A stretch of DNA of 61,188 nt from an uncultured Candidatus Saccharibacteria bacterium (GTDB taxonomy: Bacteria > Patescibacteriota > Saccharimonadia > Saccharimonadales > Saccharimonadaceae), in assembly GCA_964443395.1 (NCBI GenBank), contig CAYUCN010000001.1, positions 1 to 61,188 on the forward strand, written 5' to 3'. The position numbers and the translations under genes are program-made. Within the stretch, counting starts at the first letter, position 1. The number at the start of each line of letters is the position of its first letter. The notes beneath the pieces were generated by a model, which did not search any database, was not told the DNA's origin, and saw only the letters and a program-made list of their open reading frames with translations. Of this stretch, positions 49,227 to 58,712 are shown piece by piece.

Positions 49227-49853
49227 TTAAGCAGCTGGATTCGCAGCAGCAGTAACAACTACAGTATCCACATAAGTACCAGGATGCTGATCATTTGATA
49301 CAGACACACCAAAACCAATCGTAGCAGTATCACCAGTCTTAGTAATAGTAGACTTATCAGAGTTTACAATTGTCGTTGCAGCACCAGTCGCAGGCATAGC
49401 GGTATAATCAGTCACCGCAGCACCAGTCTGAGTAGCTCCATCAGCAACAGTAATATCAAACACCTTATAGCCCCAATGTGATTCACCAATCACAGGTTTA
49501 CCGGTCGGGATATTGTCAGTGTCGCTCACTAAATTAGTATCAGCATCCGCATCCGCAATAGTCAAAGTATATCCAGTAGCATTGTTCGTAACAACCGTCG
49601 AAGTCAAAGTACCTTCAGCAATCTTAGTAGAATCAACCGTCCCCAAGTTTACAACCTGAAGAGCATCAGTTGATTCGTTATCAGCGTCATTATTAGACTT
49701 CAAAGTCAATTCCAAAGACTCTTGAACCGTCGTCTTCACCTGAGCATTCTTAGAAACATCAGCAGGCGCAGCATAAGTACTCAGCGGCAAAGCAGTCACA
49801 CCAAGAGCAGCTACTACGCCAAGAACAGCAATTGTTTTTGACATTTTAGACAT
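49227..49853 (-). CDS. WxL-like secreted surface or pilin-like protein
   Basis: Signal peptide; TNNATGYTLTI, WGY, FGVSV...PGTYVDTVVVTA; AAGGAG RBS; terminator 49172-49208. Confidence 0.7.
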   Translation of the reverse strand: MSKMSKTIAVLGVVAALGVTALPLSTYAAPADVSKNAQVKTTVQESLELTLKSNNDADNESTDALQVVNLGTVDSTKIAEGTLTSTVVTNNATGYTLTIADADADTNLVSDTDNIPTGKPVIGESHWGYKVFDITVADGATQTGAAVTDYTAMPATGAATTIVNSDKSTITKTGDTATIGFGVSVSNDQHPGTYVDTVVVTAAANPAA

Positions 49854-50088
49854 AATAAATTTTCTCCTTTTATTTGTCTTTAATTGTTTATATTACGATC
49901 TCCTTGAATCTAGTTTACCATAACCATCTTCCCCGCGTCAACCCACTTTTTATATTTCACGCTAAGTTTTCCACACAACTACTTTATAACTCATTCTCTT
50001 GTCTCACTCGATTAAATAGCGCAATGCTTATTGACTATATACCAGATCAATGATATGATATAAGCAAAGACCTATTTATAAGGATTAT

Positions 50089-50682
50089 ATGAAACCTATC
50101 ATTCGCAAAACCCTAATTGGAATCATCTCCGTAGCAATAGCCGGAGCCGCTATTGGCTTTAGTGACAACTACCCATCTCAAGCCGACAGTCCTATTAATC
50201 CCGCTCCTCAATCCGAACATCTCCCCCTTTGCGATGGCATTAATATAACCCAAAATTGCCAAGACGACGCCGGCATTGCCTATAAGACATATCTGTACCA
50301 CGAAGCAGTCGCAGAAACCACCAAAGAAATCACCCATCCTGCCACACCAGCCGTCACAGAAACCATCCAACATCCCGCCGTAACCAATACTCGCCAAATT
50401 CGTGATTGCATTCGTACCTCAATTTCTTATAAAGAAGGTACTTGTGCCCTCTCACAATGTAACGATGGATCCTATTCTGGCTCAACCGGCCAAGGCACTT
50501 GCAGCCATCATGGCGGAGTTGCTCGCAGCGATGGTCCATGGTATACCTACGTTACCGAAACCTACGTTATTACACCAGCATGGACCGAAACCATCGAAAT
50601 TACACCAGCCAAACCCGCATGGACCGAGACCGTTATTGATACCCCTGCCCAGCCAGCTTATCTCGAAAAAGTCCCAATGTAA
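50089..50682 (+). CDS. Secreted DUF3761-like protein on a Thr/Pro-rich stalk
   Basis: CNDGSYS...GTCSHHGGV flanked by TET..I.PA repeats. Confidence 0.7.
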   Translation: MKPIIRKTLIGIISVAIAGAAIGFSDNYPSQADSPINPAPQSEHLPLCDGINITQNCQDDAGIAYKTYLYHEAVAETTKEITHPATPAVTETIQHPAVTNTRQIRDCIRTSISYKEGTCALSQCNDGSYSGSTGQGTCSHHGGVARSDGPWYTYVTETYVITPAWTETIEITPAKPAWTETVIDTPAQPAYLEKVPM

Positions 50683-50692
50683 ACATATTGCC

Positions 50693-51262
50693 CTACTCTT
50701 CCGGTAGAAAATATGGCTGCTCCGGATTACTAAATAAATCAAAATACGCCTGCATCGTAAATGTCTCCTGTCCTAACATTCGCAAAATATTAAACAAATC
50801 ATTCCGCAACAAATCTACCGGCTCACCTTCGCTTAATTCCGCTTCCAGCTTCATGTAATAGTTATTCAGCCCCTCCACTTTATCTACATAAAGCACTGTC
50901 TTATCATCCAGCCACAGCTCTTGCCGTTGCCGGCTAATCTCCGCCGCCTTCCTAAATCCCAACTGATGCACTATCCCTGAAGCCTCCGTATAATCCGTCA
51001 CGTTAGTAAAATTCATCCAATCGATCCCGCTATCTTCTATATGCCGCTTCAAATATAAAGAATACACCGCCGACTGATCCGTAGCTCGTACTTCTGTCCG
51101 CATCACTAAGCGTGGATAGTTCATATTCGGCTTAAAATCATGCGGGAGATACACCCGCTCATGCTGCCATATCACCGGAGATAATTCCATCCCGATTCCT
51201 TCCAGCTGCTGATCTAATGCCGTACGGTCAGGCAATTGACTTTTTACAATCAATTTCTTCAT
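50693..51262 (-). CDS. CYTH-domain protein
   Basis: LVMR, LYLK, LGF...ISRQR, YVDKVEGL..YMKLE, Y.DL. Confidence 0.7.
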   Translation of the reverse strand: MKKLIVKSQLPDRTALDQQLEGIGMELSPVIWQHERVYLPHDFKPNMNYPRLVMRTEVRATDQSAVYSLYLKRHIEDSGIDWMNFTNVTDYTEASGIVHQLGFRKAAEISRQRQELWLDDKTVLYVDKVEGLNNYYMKLEAELSEGEPVDLLRNDLFNILRMLGQETFTMQAYFDLFSNPEQPYFLPEE

Positions 51263-51361
51263 AACACCATTATAACACAACCGCTTTTAAAAAAGCAAAC
51301 TTTCTTTTATCTTTCTACCAGAGATATGTTATAATTAGTAAAAGAAAGAAGAGGAGTTATT

Positions 51362-52108
51362 ATGATACTTTTTATTTGCATTATCCTTGCAATCATTCTA
51401 CTAATTATTATTCCCGGCGTTCGCATTATTAACCAATACGAACGCGGCGTAGTTTTACGCTTAGGACGCTACTCACGCACACTTAATCCCGGCTTCCGCA
51501 TCATTATCCCTTATATTGACCACATGATCAAAGTAGATGTCCGTACCACCCCTATGGATATTCCTAAACAAGAAGTCATTACTCGCGATAACGTTACCGT
51601 CAATGTCGACGCCATCGTCTATTTCCGCGTCATCGACGCGCCCAAAGCCGTTCTCGAGACTACTAATTTCTCCTATGCTACCAGCACCTTTGCTCAAACC
51701 GCCTTGCGTGATGTCACCGGTAATTTCGATCTCGACGAAATCCTCAGCAAACGCGACGAAATCTCCGCCCAAATCCGGCAGATTGTCGACACACAGACCG
51801 ACAAATGGGGCATCGACATCGAAAGCGTAAAGCTCCAAAACATTGAACTCCCTGCCGACATGAAACGCGCCATGGCCAAACAAGCCGAAGCCGAACGCGA
51901 ACGCCGCGCTGCCATCATTAGTGCCGAGGGCGAGAAAGCCTCCGCCGCCGCCGTTTCCGAAGCCGCACGCATGCTCGCCACCACTCCAGGCGCCCTCAAT
52001 ATTCGTACTCTCCAGACTTTAGAAAAAATCAGTACCGATCCTTCCCAAAAAACTGTTATCCTACTTCCTAATGATCTTGTCGACAGCCTTTCTAAATTCT
52101 CTCGCTAG
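51362..52108 (+). CDS. SPFH/stomatin (slipin) family protein
   Basis: QYERGVVLRLG, QEVITRDNV, AQTALRDV, RAMAKQAEAERERRA..I.AEGE. Confidence 0.95.
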   Translation: MILFICIILAIILLIIIPGVRIINQYERGVVLRLGRYSRTLNPGFRIIIPYIDHMIKVDVRTTPMDIPKQEVITRDNVTVNVDAIVYFRVIDAPKAVLETTNFSYATSTFAQTALRDVTGNFDLDEILSKRDEISAQIRQIVDTQTDKWGIDIESVKLQNIELPADMKRAMAKQAEAERERRAAIISAEGEKASAAAVSEAARMLATTPGALNIRTLQTLEKISTDPSQKTVILLPNDLVDSLSKFSR

Positions 52109-52141
52109 CTATCCCATATCGACAATTCACAATTTTCTACC

Positions 52142-52176
52142 AAAATATTGACCTAGCTCTCTAGGTCAATATTTTA
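52142..52176. terminator. Bidirectional terminator
   Basis: AAAATATTGACCTAG / CTAGGTCAATATTTT between convergent genes. Confidence 0.8.
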
Positions 52177-52190
52177 TTTAGCAGAATAAC

Positions 52191-53081
52191 CTAACGTTTC
52201 TTCTTACTTCTAAGTAGTAATACTGTCGCCCCTGCCGTCGCTATCACTACGGACGCCCCCGCAATCGCCAACATTGGCGCATTTGCTTTACTTTCATTCG
52301 TCCTTGGTACGGCTACTTTTTGTTGTTCTTTCTCCGCCTCAGCTGTTTTTTTCTCATCATCCTGAGTTGTATCTTCTACGGCCGTTTCCCCATCATCTTC
52401 AGGCGCAATATCATTCTCGGTTACCCGCACGACATTATTCTGCGCCGCCTGCTGTCTTTGATATTCTTTTAATAGCTCCGGCGACACCGTTCCTGTATCC
52501 GGAGTTTTTGCGTCGTCCTTCTCCGATACATAAAAAGATACCGGCAACTTAGTATCCTTCACCACCGCTAGCTCTGCTGTATCTTTACGATCAACGCCTA
52601 GCAATAAATTCGCACCTTCTGCACCTTCGTTTAACGCCGCCAGTAATTCACGATATTCCGCTTCCGAAGTCGTACCATTATTAGCCTTTTCTAGTAGTCC
52701 CTCTAGGTAATTCTTAATGCCCGGATAAGTCGTAGACTCACACCCATCTTCACGATCTACTAATTTCTGCACCGCATCCATTGCTTGCTGTAATTCTTGC
52801 GGACGGCTCGCGCCAGCTGACTTTGTACTTTCCGCTGCATTATTTCCAGCTACGTTATCCGTCGCTGCAGCCGTCTCTATTGCCGTACTCGCCGTATCAC
52901 TAGATTCACGCACCATATTTACTATATTGCTAGTCATGCCAGCTTCACTCACCGTGCTTGCGCTCTCCGCTACGGCTACTGCAGCTGTTCCCTGCCCCTC
53001 TTCCGCAAAAGTTAAATTGGTATTGATGATCGCCAAAGCCATCGCTAGCCCCAGCGCACCCATGAGTTGCGTCTTACTCAC
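52191..53081 (-). CDS. Surface protein with sortase-like sorting signal
   Basis: Signal peptide; C-terminal VPRTN, hydrophobic helix, RSKKKR. Confidence 0.6.
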   Translation of the reverse strand: MSKTQLMGALGLAMALAIINTNLTFAEEGQGTAAVAVAESASTVSEAGMTSNIVNMVRESSDTASTAIETAAATDNVAGNNAAESTKSAGASRPQELQQAMDAVQKLVDREDGCESTTYPGIKNYLEGLLEKANNGTTSEAEYRELLAALNEGAEGANLLLGVDRKDTAELAVVKDTKLPVSFYVSEKDDAKTPDTGTVSPELLKEYQRQQAAQNNVVRVTENDIAPEDDGETAVEDTTQDDEKKTAEAEKEQQKVAVPRTNESKANAPMLAIAGASVVIATAGATVLLLRSKKKR

Positions 53082-53177
53082 TATCTTCTCCCAAAAATTA
53101 TAGTTAGTATTTTACCTCTAACTACATTTTAGCAGAAGCTCCCCATTCTATCAAGCATAAGCACATAAAACGAGTAT

Positions 53178-53597
53178 TCAGTCAAGGCGATAGCCTTGCC
53201 TAGCCTTATTGGCCCACTCATCCGCAAATTCGTTCATCTCTGTGCCAACATGCCCCCTCACCCATACCAACTTCACATTTCCCCGCTCATATAGACCATA
53301 CAACTTCTGCACAATATCCAAGTTCTTGATCTCCCCTCTAGATTTCTTCCAGCCTTTTGCCTTCCACCCTGGAGCCCATTTCGTTAATACATTAATCCAG
53401 AATTCCGAATCACTATGGATTTCGCAGTTTTCGCCGTTAGCATACTCTATCGCCGCAATCATCGCCAATCCTTCCATCCGGATATTCGTCGACATCTTCT
53501 CACTACCAAGCACTACTGGCTTACCATCTTCTAACACCGCAAATCCCCCTGGCCCCGGATTAGGGCTAGCGCTGCCGTCCGTCCATAGTACCTTCAT
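53178..53597 (-). CDS. rnhA: Ribonuclease HI
   Basis: TDGSASPNPGPGG, TNIRME, SDS, WVRGHVG..NE.AD. Confidence 0.95.
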   Translation of the reverse strand: MKVLWTDGSASPNPGPGGFAVLEDGKPVVLGSEKMSTNIRMEGLAMIAAIEYANGENCEIHSDSEFWINVLTKWAPGWKAKGWKKSRGEIKNLDIVQKLYGLYERGNVKLVWVRGHVGTEMNEFADEWANKARQGYRLD

Positions 53598-54226
53598 TAT
53601 GCTACCTCTTTCAATTTCACGTAAATATCATACCAACTATACACTCTTACGCCATTCACCGGCTCCACTTCACGATTATACGGCTGATTATAAATCAAAA
53701 CTTTCGTCGTCTCATCGAAAGTATCCAAATATTCTGGTAAATCCTCTATCATTACCGTTATGCCATTCTTCCGACAGAACGTCCCCTTATCATCCGGTGC
53801 CGGTCTACCTAGGTCAAAAGCAATCTCATTATATTCTATCTTATTCCTAGCTAGCCAATCTTTCGTCACTTCTTCCCAGCTCTCTCCCTCTGGCATACCT
53901 TTTATCCACATGTCACGATTATTCCTACCCGTCACAATCCAGATCTCATGTCCTTCTTCTCGCAACTTCCGTATCACTTCTGCCGCAAATTGCACCGCCG
54001 GGCATTCTATCATCTGATACCGACCATACTCATACCAAAACTCATCTCTTGTTACCCTATCCCAGCCAAACATCTCGCTTAAATGATGCGCCAAAGGCTC
54101 CACCAAACTCCCTTTGCCAGTTTCCGCACAAAACTTCGTCCCATATGCCAACAAAATCTCCTCCCGGTAATTCAGTACTCCGTCAATATCTACTCCAATG
54201 CGCATCATTCCTCCTTTTTCTTTCAT
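53597..54226 (-). CDS. HAD-family 5'(3')-deoxyribonucleotidase-like protein
   Basis: [22 protein letters not shown]. Confidence 0.85.
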   Translation of the reverse strand: MKEKGGMMRIGVDIDGVLNYREEILLAYGTKFCAETGKGSLVEPLAHHLSEMFGWDRVTRDEFWYEYGRYQMIECPAVQFAAEVIRKLREEGHEIWIVTGRNNRDMWIKGMPEGESWEEVTKDWLARNKIEYNEIAFDLGRPAPDDKGTFCRKNGITVMIEDLPEYLDTFDETTKVLIYNQPYNREVEPVNGVRVYSWYDIYVKLKEVA

Positions 54227-54819
54227 TTAATCACTTCATCCACAATCCCGTATTCCTTCGCCTCCTCCGCACTCATCCAGTTATCCCGATCCATATCCTT
54301 CTCTACTTGTTTCAAATCCTTCCCGGTGTTCTCCGCAAAAATTTCCGCCAACCGCTTCTTCAGATAAATCCCTTCTTTCAAAGCAATCTCCTGGTCCGTA
54401 ATCTTCCCTTCCGTTCCAGAACTTGGCTGATGAATCATAATCCTTGCATTTGGCAGCACAAATCTCTTTCCTTTTGTACCACAGCTCAGCAACATCGCCC
54501 CCATCGAAGCTTGCAAACCAATCCCAATCGTTTGCACATCTGGCTTAATATAATTCATTGTATCAATAATTGCCAGCCCATCATACACTGACCCGCCAGG
54601 AGAGTTAATATATAGCTTAATGTCCCGTTTTGGGTCCTCATTTGCTAAATACAACAACTGTGCCACTACTAAGTTTGCCGTATGTGCATCCACTTGTTCC
54701 CCTAAAAACACAATTCTATCATTCAGCAAACGTGAATAAATATCATACGCCCGCTCACCCTTTGGTGTCTCTTCTACTACCGTTGGTACTAAATAATCTT
54801 TACTTAAAATCTCTTTCAT
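54223..54819 (-). CDS. clpP: ATP-dependent Clp protease proteolytic subunit
   Basis: [35 protein letters not shown]. Confidence 0.98.
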   Translation of the reverse strand: MKEILSKDYLVPTVVEETPKGERAYDIYSRLLNDRIVFLGEQVDAHTANLVVAQLLYLANEDPKRDIKLYINSPGGSVYDGLAIIDTMNYIKPDVQTIGIGLQASMGAMLLSCGTKGKRFVLPNARIMIHQPSSGTEGKITDQEIALKEGIYLKKRLAEIFAENTGKDLKQVEKDMDRDNWMSAEEAKEYGIVDEVIK

Positions 54820-54828
54820 CTTTTCTCC

Positions 54829-55827
54829 TTATTGCTCTTCATTATCATATGGCTCATGTATAGTGTAATGCGAATTCAACGCATCCCCTAGCTCACCTAA
54901 ATCTTTTTGATTCATCTTATACTCCTCTACTAAATTATTATTCCTCTCTATTTCCTTATTTAAGCTCTCCCGCATTTCGTCTAGACTCACTCGTTCTGCT
55001 TCCAACTGCGCCCGCTTTGCCCTAAAATCCGCTTCATCCACAAAACACCCTGCTTGCGCTGCACACGCATTAAACTCTTCAATCGCCTGTTCTAACGCAC
55101 TAATTCTCGTCTGATAGGCCTTTTGCCCCTGTGCTAATTCTTCTTGTAGCTTATCCAACTCCTCTTTAATTTCTTCGTTCTTTTGTTTCAGCTTGTCAAA
55201 CGGCGCCTGATAATTCTCATAGAAATCTACAATTACCAATCTATCTTCAAAATACTCTTTATAATGCTCTTCTAAACCATTAGGAATCTCGCGTAATTTC
55301 GTCCCCACCCGAGTATATAGCTCTTCTAGTTTCGCTTCATCTGCATATAATCTTAGTTCCTCTGCTGCCCACTCCGCTTGCTGTTGCGAAACCTCCTCTA
55401 GCCAACCTTTTACCTTCTCTCTTTCACCATTATTCATCCGCTTCCACGCTGCATGTAATAGTTCATGCGCCGCCGTCACTTTGTTAGAGTCCTTTAAGTC
55501 TTCTCGTGTAACTTCATAGATATAGATTCTATCATTTACATAGCACCCCAATAGCGCTACTTCCATCTTCTCATTTTGGCAATGCTCATTAAAACTCGTT
55601 GCCGACTCTAACGCTGGCTGAGTAGCCAAGAAAATCCGCCTGCCCTTGCTTGTTAATGCCAAATCCTGCCGCAGAGTACGTATTTCATCGCTTTCTTGAT
55701 ATTGCATGCTCTTCAGCGTATCTCGCACTAGCGTCGTCTGTGCTACCGCATATACCCCTAATAGCACTAGCGACGTCACCAAAACCGCCACGATCTCTCG
55801 ACTTCTGCTTTTGTTCTCTACCGGCAT
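54829..55827 (-). CDS. Membrane-anchored HEXXH protein with C-terminal coiled coil
   Basis: TM, LGCY, AAHELLHAAW, EEL, heptad-rich tail. Confidence 0.7.
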   Translation of the reverse strand: MPVENKSRSREIVAVLVTSLVLLGVYAVAQTTLVRDTLKSMQYQESDEIRTLRQDLALTSKGRRIFLATQPALESATSFNEHCQNEKMEVALLGCYVNDRIYIYEVTREDLKDSNKVTAAHELLHAAWKRMNNGEREKVKGWLEEVSQQQAEWAAEELRLYADEAKLEELYTRVGTKLREIPNGLEEHYKEYFEDRLVIVDFYENYQAPFDKLKQKNEEIKEELDKLQEELAQGQKAYQTRISALEQAIEEFNACAAQAGCFVDEADFRAKRAQLEAERVSLDEMRESLNKEIERNNNLVEEYKMNQKDLGELGDALNSHYTIHEPYDNEEQ

Positions 55828-55828
55828 T

Positions 55829-58321
55829 TTACCCGTTTACTACCTTCAAAGTTAACTTTCGCTCACCATCTTTCGTCTTTTCTCGTGCCAAACCAATCTT
55901 TGCAATATTTCCCTTCTCTAAGCTACCGCTAATCATTGCCTCCGCTAGCACAGTCTCTATTTTATCCTCGATTACCCTGCGGAGCGGCCTTGCTCCATTC
56001 TTCGGGTCATAACCCTTTTCTATTAGGTATTTCCGCACTTCTGGCGTTACCTGCAACCCTAACCCCTTGGTCGCCAAGCGCTTCTTTAATTCCTCTATCA
56101 TATTATCAAAGATCTTTTCCACGTTCTCTTGCGTCAACGGATGAAACACCAAAATCGCATCTAGGCGGTTAATTAGCTCTGGCTTCATTACTTTCTTCAG
56201 CTCACGCTGCGCCACTTCGCGGCTTTCTTCATACTCATCTTCCAGTTTCTTCTTATCACGCAAAGATCCCGCCGTAAATCCAAACTCATTATCCTTATAC
56301 ATCTCATTCGCCCCCAGATTAGAAGTTAGAATCACGATCGTATTATTAAACTTTACTTTATTCCCTTGGCCGTCAGTCAATACACCATCCTCCAAGATCT
56401 GCAAAAGCATATTAAAGACCTCTGGATGCGCCTTCTCAATCTCGTCAAATAATACTACCGAGTATGGTTTCCTCCGCACCGCTTCAGTCAATTTTCCACC
56501 ATCTTCATAACCCACATAGCCCGCAGGCGCCCCTACTAGTCGCGATACGTTATGCTTCTCGCCAAACTCACTCATATCTATCTTAATCAAAGCATTCTCC
56601 CCGCCAAACACTTCTCTTGCAATCACCCTAGCAAGTTCCGTCTTGCCCACACCTGTCGGCCCCATAAAGAGAAAACTCCCAATCGGACGTTCTGGATCCG
56701 CAATTCCGCTTCTTCCCCGCCGAATCGCCTTTGCCACCGCCTTTACTGCCTCATTCTGCCCTACTACCGACTTTTTAATATGATCTTCTAGCTTACCTAA
56801 TAGCTCCAGCTCCGACCCATGCACCTTCGCTACTGGTATACCAGTTTTCAAAGAAATCGCCAATGCTAAATCATCTTCCGTCAACACCGGCGGCTTCTCC
56901 GCACCATTTTTCTGCAAATCTTTCAGCTCTTTCTTAATTTGCTCAGCCAAAGTCTTCAGGTTCGCTGCCCGCTCAAAGTCCTCATTCTCCGCAGCTTCTT
57001 CCATTTCTTCTTCATGCTTCTTCAGCTGCACTTTCAATTTCTTTATATCCGAACCACCATTTTTATCCGCCGAAACTTTCGCAATTGCCGCTGCCTCATC
57101 TAATATATCTATTACCTTATCCGGCATAAATCTATCATTAATATATCTACCCGACATATTAATTGCCGTCTCCAGCATTTCGTCTGGAATTTCCACACCA
57201 TGATGTTTCTCGTAATGCTTCTTAATGCCTTTCAAAATCTTCAGCGTTGTCTCGCGACTCGGTTCCTCTACCATCACCGTCTGGAACCGCCGCGCCAAAG
57301 CTTTATCTTTCTCAATATATTTACGGTATTCATCCATCGTCGTCGCGCCAATTAATTGCAATTGTCCCCGTGCTAGCGCTGGTTTCAAGATATTTGCTGC
57401 ATCCATCGTCCCCTCACTTGACCCTGCACCCGAAAGTAAATGCAGCTCATCAATAAAAAGGATAATATCATCATTCGCCACTGCTTCATCAATAATCCCC
57501 TTTATTCGCTCTTCAAATTCTCCCCGAAACTTCGTCCCTGCCACAAGGTTTGACAAATCAATCTGGAAGATCCGCTTCCCTACCAATATCCCCGGCACAT
57601 CATCCTTTACAATCCGCTCCGCCAGACCTTCCACAATCGCCGTTTTACCTACACCAGCTTCACCAATTAATACCGGATTAGACTTCGTCCGCCGGCTCAG
57701 CACTGTCACTACGCGCTCAATTTCACGTTCCCGCCCAATCACCGTATCCAGCTTGTCATCCTTAGCCATTTCTGTCAAATCTTGGCCATATTTCTTTAAC
57801 CATCTTAGCTGCCCACCCTTACGGTATTCTTTCTTCTGCTCTTGGTTGCGCTCATGTTCCGCCTGCTCATCTAGGACTTTTTCTACTTCTTCCGCCAGTT
57901 CATCTAAATCTACCCCCATTTTACTCAGCAATACCGCCCCCCGCGAGCTCTGCTGATTCACCAAAGCGCTTAAAATATATTCTGTACCAATCGTCCGTGA
58001 ACCCTTCTCCGTCGCAAAATGATCCGCCATCCTTAGCGTCAATACTGCCGACTCCGACAGCGACATCATCGCCATCGCCGACCCACCATTCACTTCCGCC
58101 GCATCCTGGCCCAAAGCTTTCTCTGCTTTCTGGATATCCACATCATATTTAGCCAAAATCCGCGCCCCCTCACTTGCATCCTGCGCCAACACCCCCATCA
58201 GGATGTGTTCTGTCCCCATATAACCATTATTATATTTCTTGCTAAATAAATCCGCCTTCTGCAGCGCAAACCGCGCGTCTTCCGACAGCCGATTCATCAT
58301 TTCACTAAATTCATTTTCCAT
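55829..58321 (-). CDS. clpC: Clp ATPase ClpC
   Basis: Clp-N repeats, GEAGVGKT, UVR motif EDFERAA, GPTGVGKT, RLVGAPAGYVGY, GARPLRR. Confidence 0.95.
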   Translation of the reverse strand: MENEFSEMMNRLSEDARFALQKADLFSKKYNNGYMGTEHILMGVLAQDASEGARILAKYDVDIQKAEKALGQDAAEVNGGSAMAMMSLSESAVLTLRMADHFATEKGSRTIGTEYILSALVNQQSSRGAVLLSKMGVDLDELAEEVEKVLDEQAEHERNQEQKKEYRKGGQLRWLKKYGQDLTEMAKDDKLDTVIGREREIERVVTVLSRRTKSNPVLIGEAGVGKTAIVEGLAERIVKDDVPGILVGKRIFQIDLSNLVAGTKFRGEFEERIKGIIDEAVANDDIILFIDELHLLSGAGSSEGTMDAANILKPALARGQLQLIGATTMDEYRKYIEKDKALARRFQTVMVEEPSRETTLKILKGIKKHYEKHHGVEIPDEMLETAINMSGRYINDRFMPDKVIDILDEAAAIAKVSADKNGGSDIKKLKVQLKKHEEEMEEAAENEDFERAANLKTLAEQIKKELKDLQKNGAEKPPVLTEDDLALAISLKTGIPVAKVHGSELELLGKLEDHIKKSVVGQNEAVKAVAKAIRRGRSGIADPERPIGSFLFMGPTGVGKTELARVIAREVFGGENALIKIDMSEFGEKHNVSRLVGAPAGYVGYEDGGKLTEAVRRKPYSVVLFDEIEKAHPEVFNMLLQILEDGVLTDGQGNKVKFNNTIVILTSNLGANEMYKDNEFGFTAGSLRDKKKLEDEYEESREVAQRELKKVMKPELINRLDAILVFHPLTQENVEKIFDNMIEELKKRLATKGLGLQVTPEVRKYLIEKGYDPKNGARPLRRVIEDKIETVLAEAMISGSLEKGNIAKIGLAREKTKDGERKLTLKVVNG

Positions 58322-58367
58322 ACTCTATATCTCATTTTATCATAATTATGCCACTTTGCTCCACACT

Positions 58368-58487
58368 GGACGTAGTTAGTTTCGGTGCAGTACAAGGAGG
58401 CGGCGAAGCGCGGAACGAGCCGTACTAGAAGTACGGTGAGTGAGCACTGAAGCCTCTGACGCAGTAATGCGCGAAAATAACACGTCC
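58368..58487. repeat. REP-like foldback element, family C copy 1
   Basis: GGACGT..ACGTCC ends; central CCGTACT-AGA-AGTACGG; ends TGACGCAGTAATG. Confidence 0.7.
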
Positions 58488-58497
58488 GCTTAATAGC

Positions 58498-58535
58498 ATT
58501 ATAGCTTACTAGCACTCATAAGTCAAGAGTGCTAA
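58498..58535 (-). promoter_or_regulatory. CIRCE (HrcA operator) overlapping a TTGACT-17-TATAAT promoter upstream of clpC
   Basis: TTAGCACTC-TTGACTTAT-GAGTGCTAG matches TTAGCACTC-N9-GAGTGCTAA at 17 of 18 positions. Confidence 0.88.
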
Positions 58536-58574
58536 TTTAATCTTCTATTATAGTCTGTTCTCAATGTTTGATAC

Positions 58575-58693
58575 CTTTTGTGTAGAATAGTCTAGTACGA
58601 AGAAAAGTTGAAGCACGGAATGAGACATACTAAATGGTACGTCGAATGAGTACTGGAGACTTTGACGAAGTAATAGGCCGTTATTCGCAAAAG
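58575..58693. repeat. REP-like foldback element, family C copy 2
   Basis: Diverged copy: AGTACGAAGA..GAAGCACGGAATGAGACATAC..GTACGTCG..GAGTACTG..TGACGAAGTAAT. Confidence 0.65.
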
Positions 58694-58712
58694 CCCTCAG
58701 TAATTAACAGAG

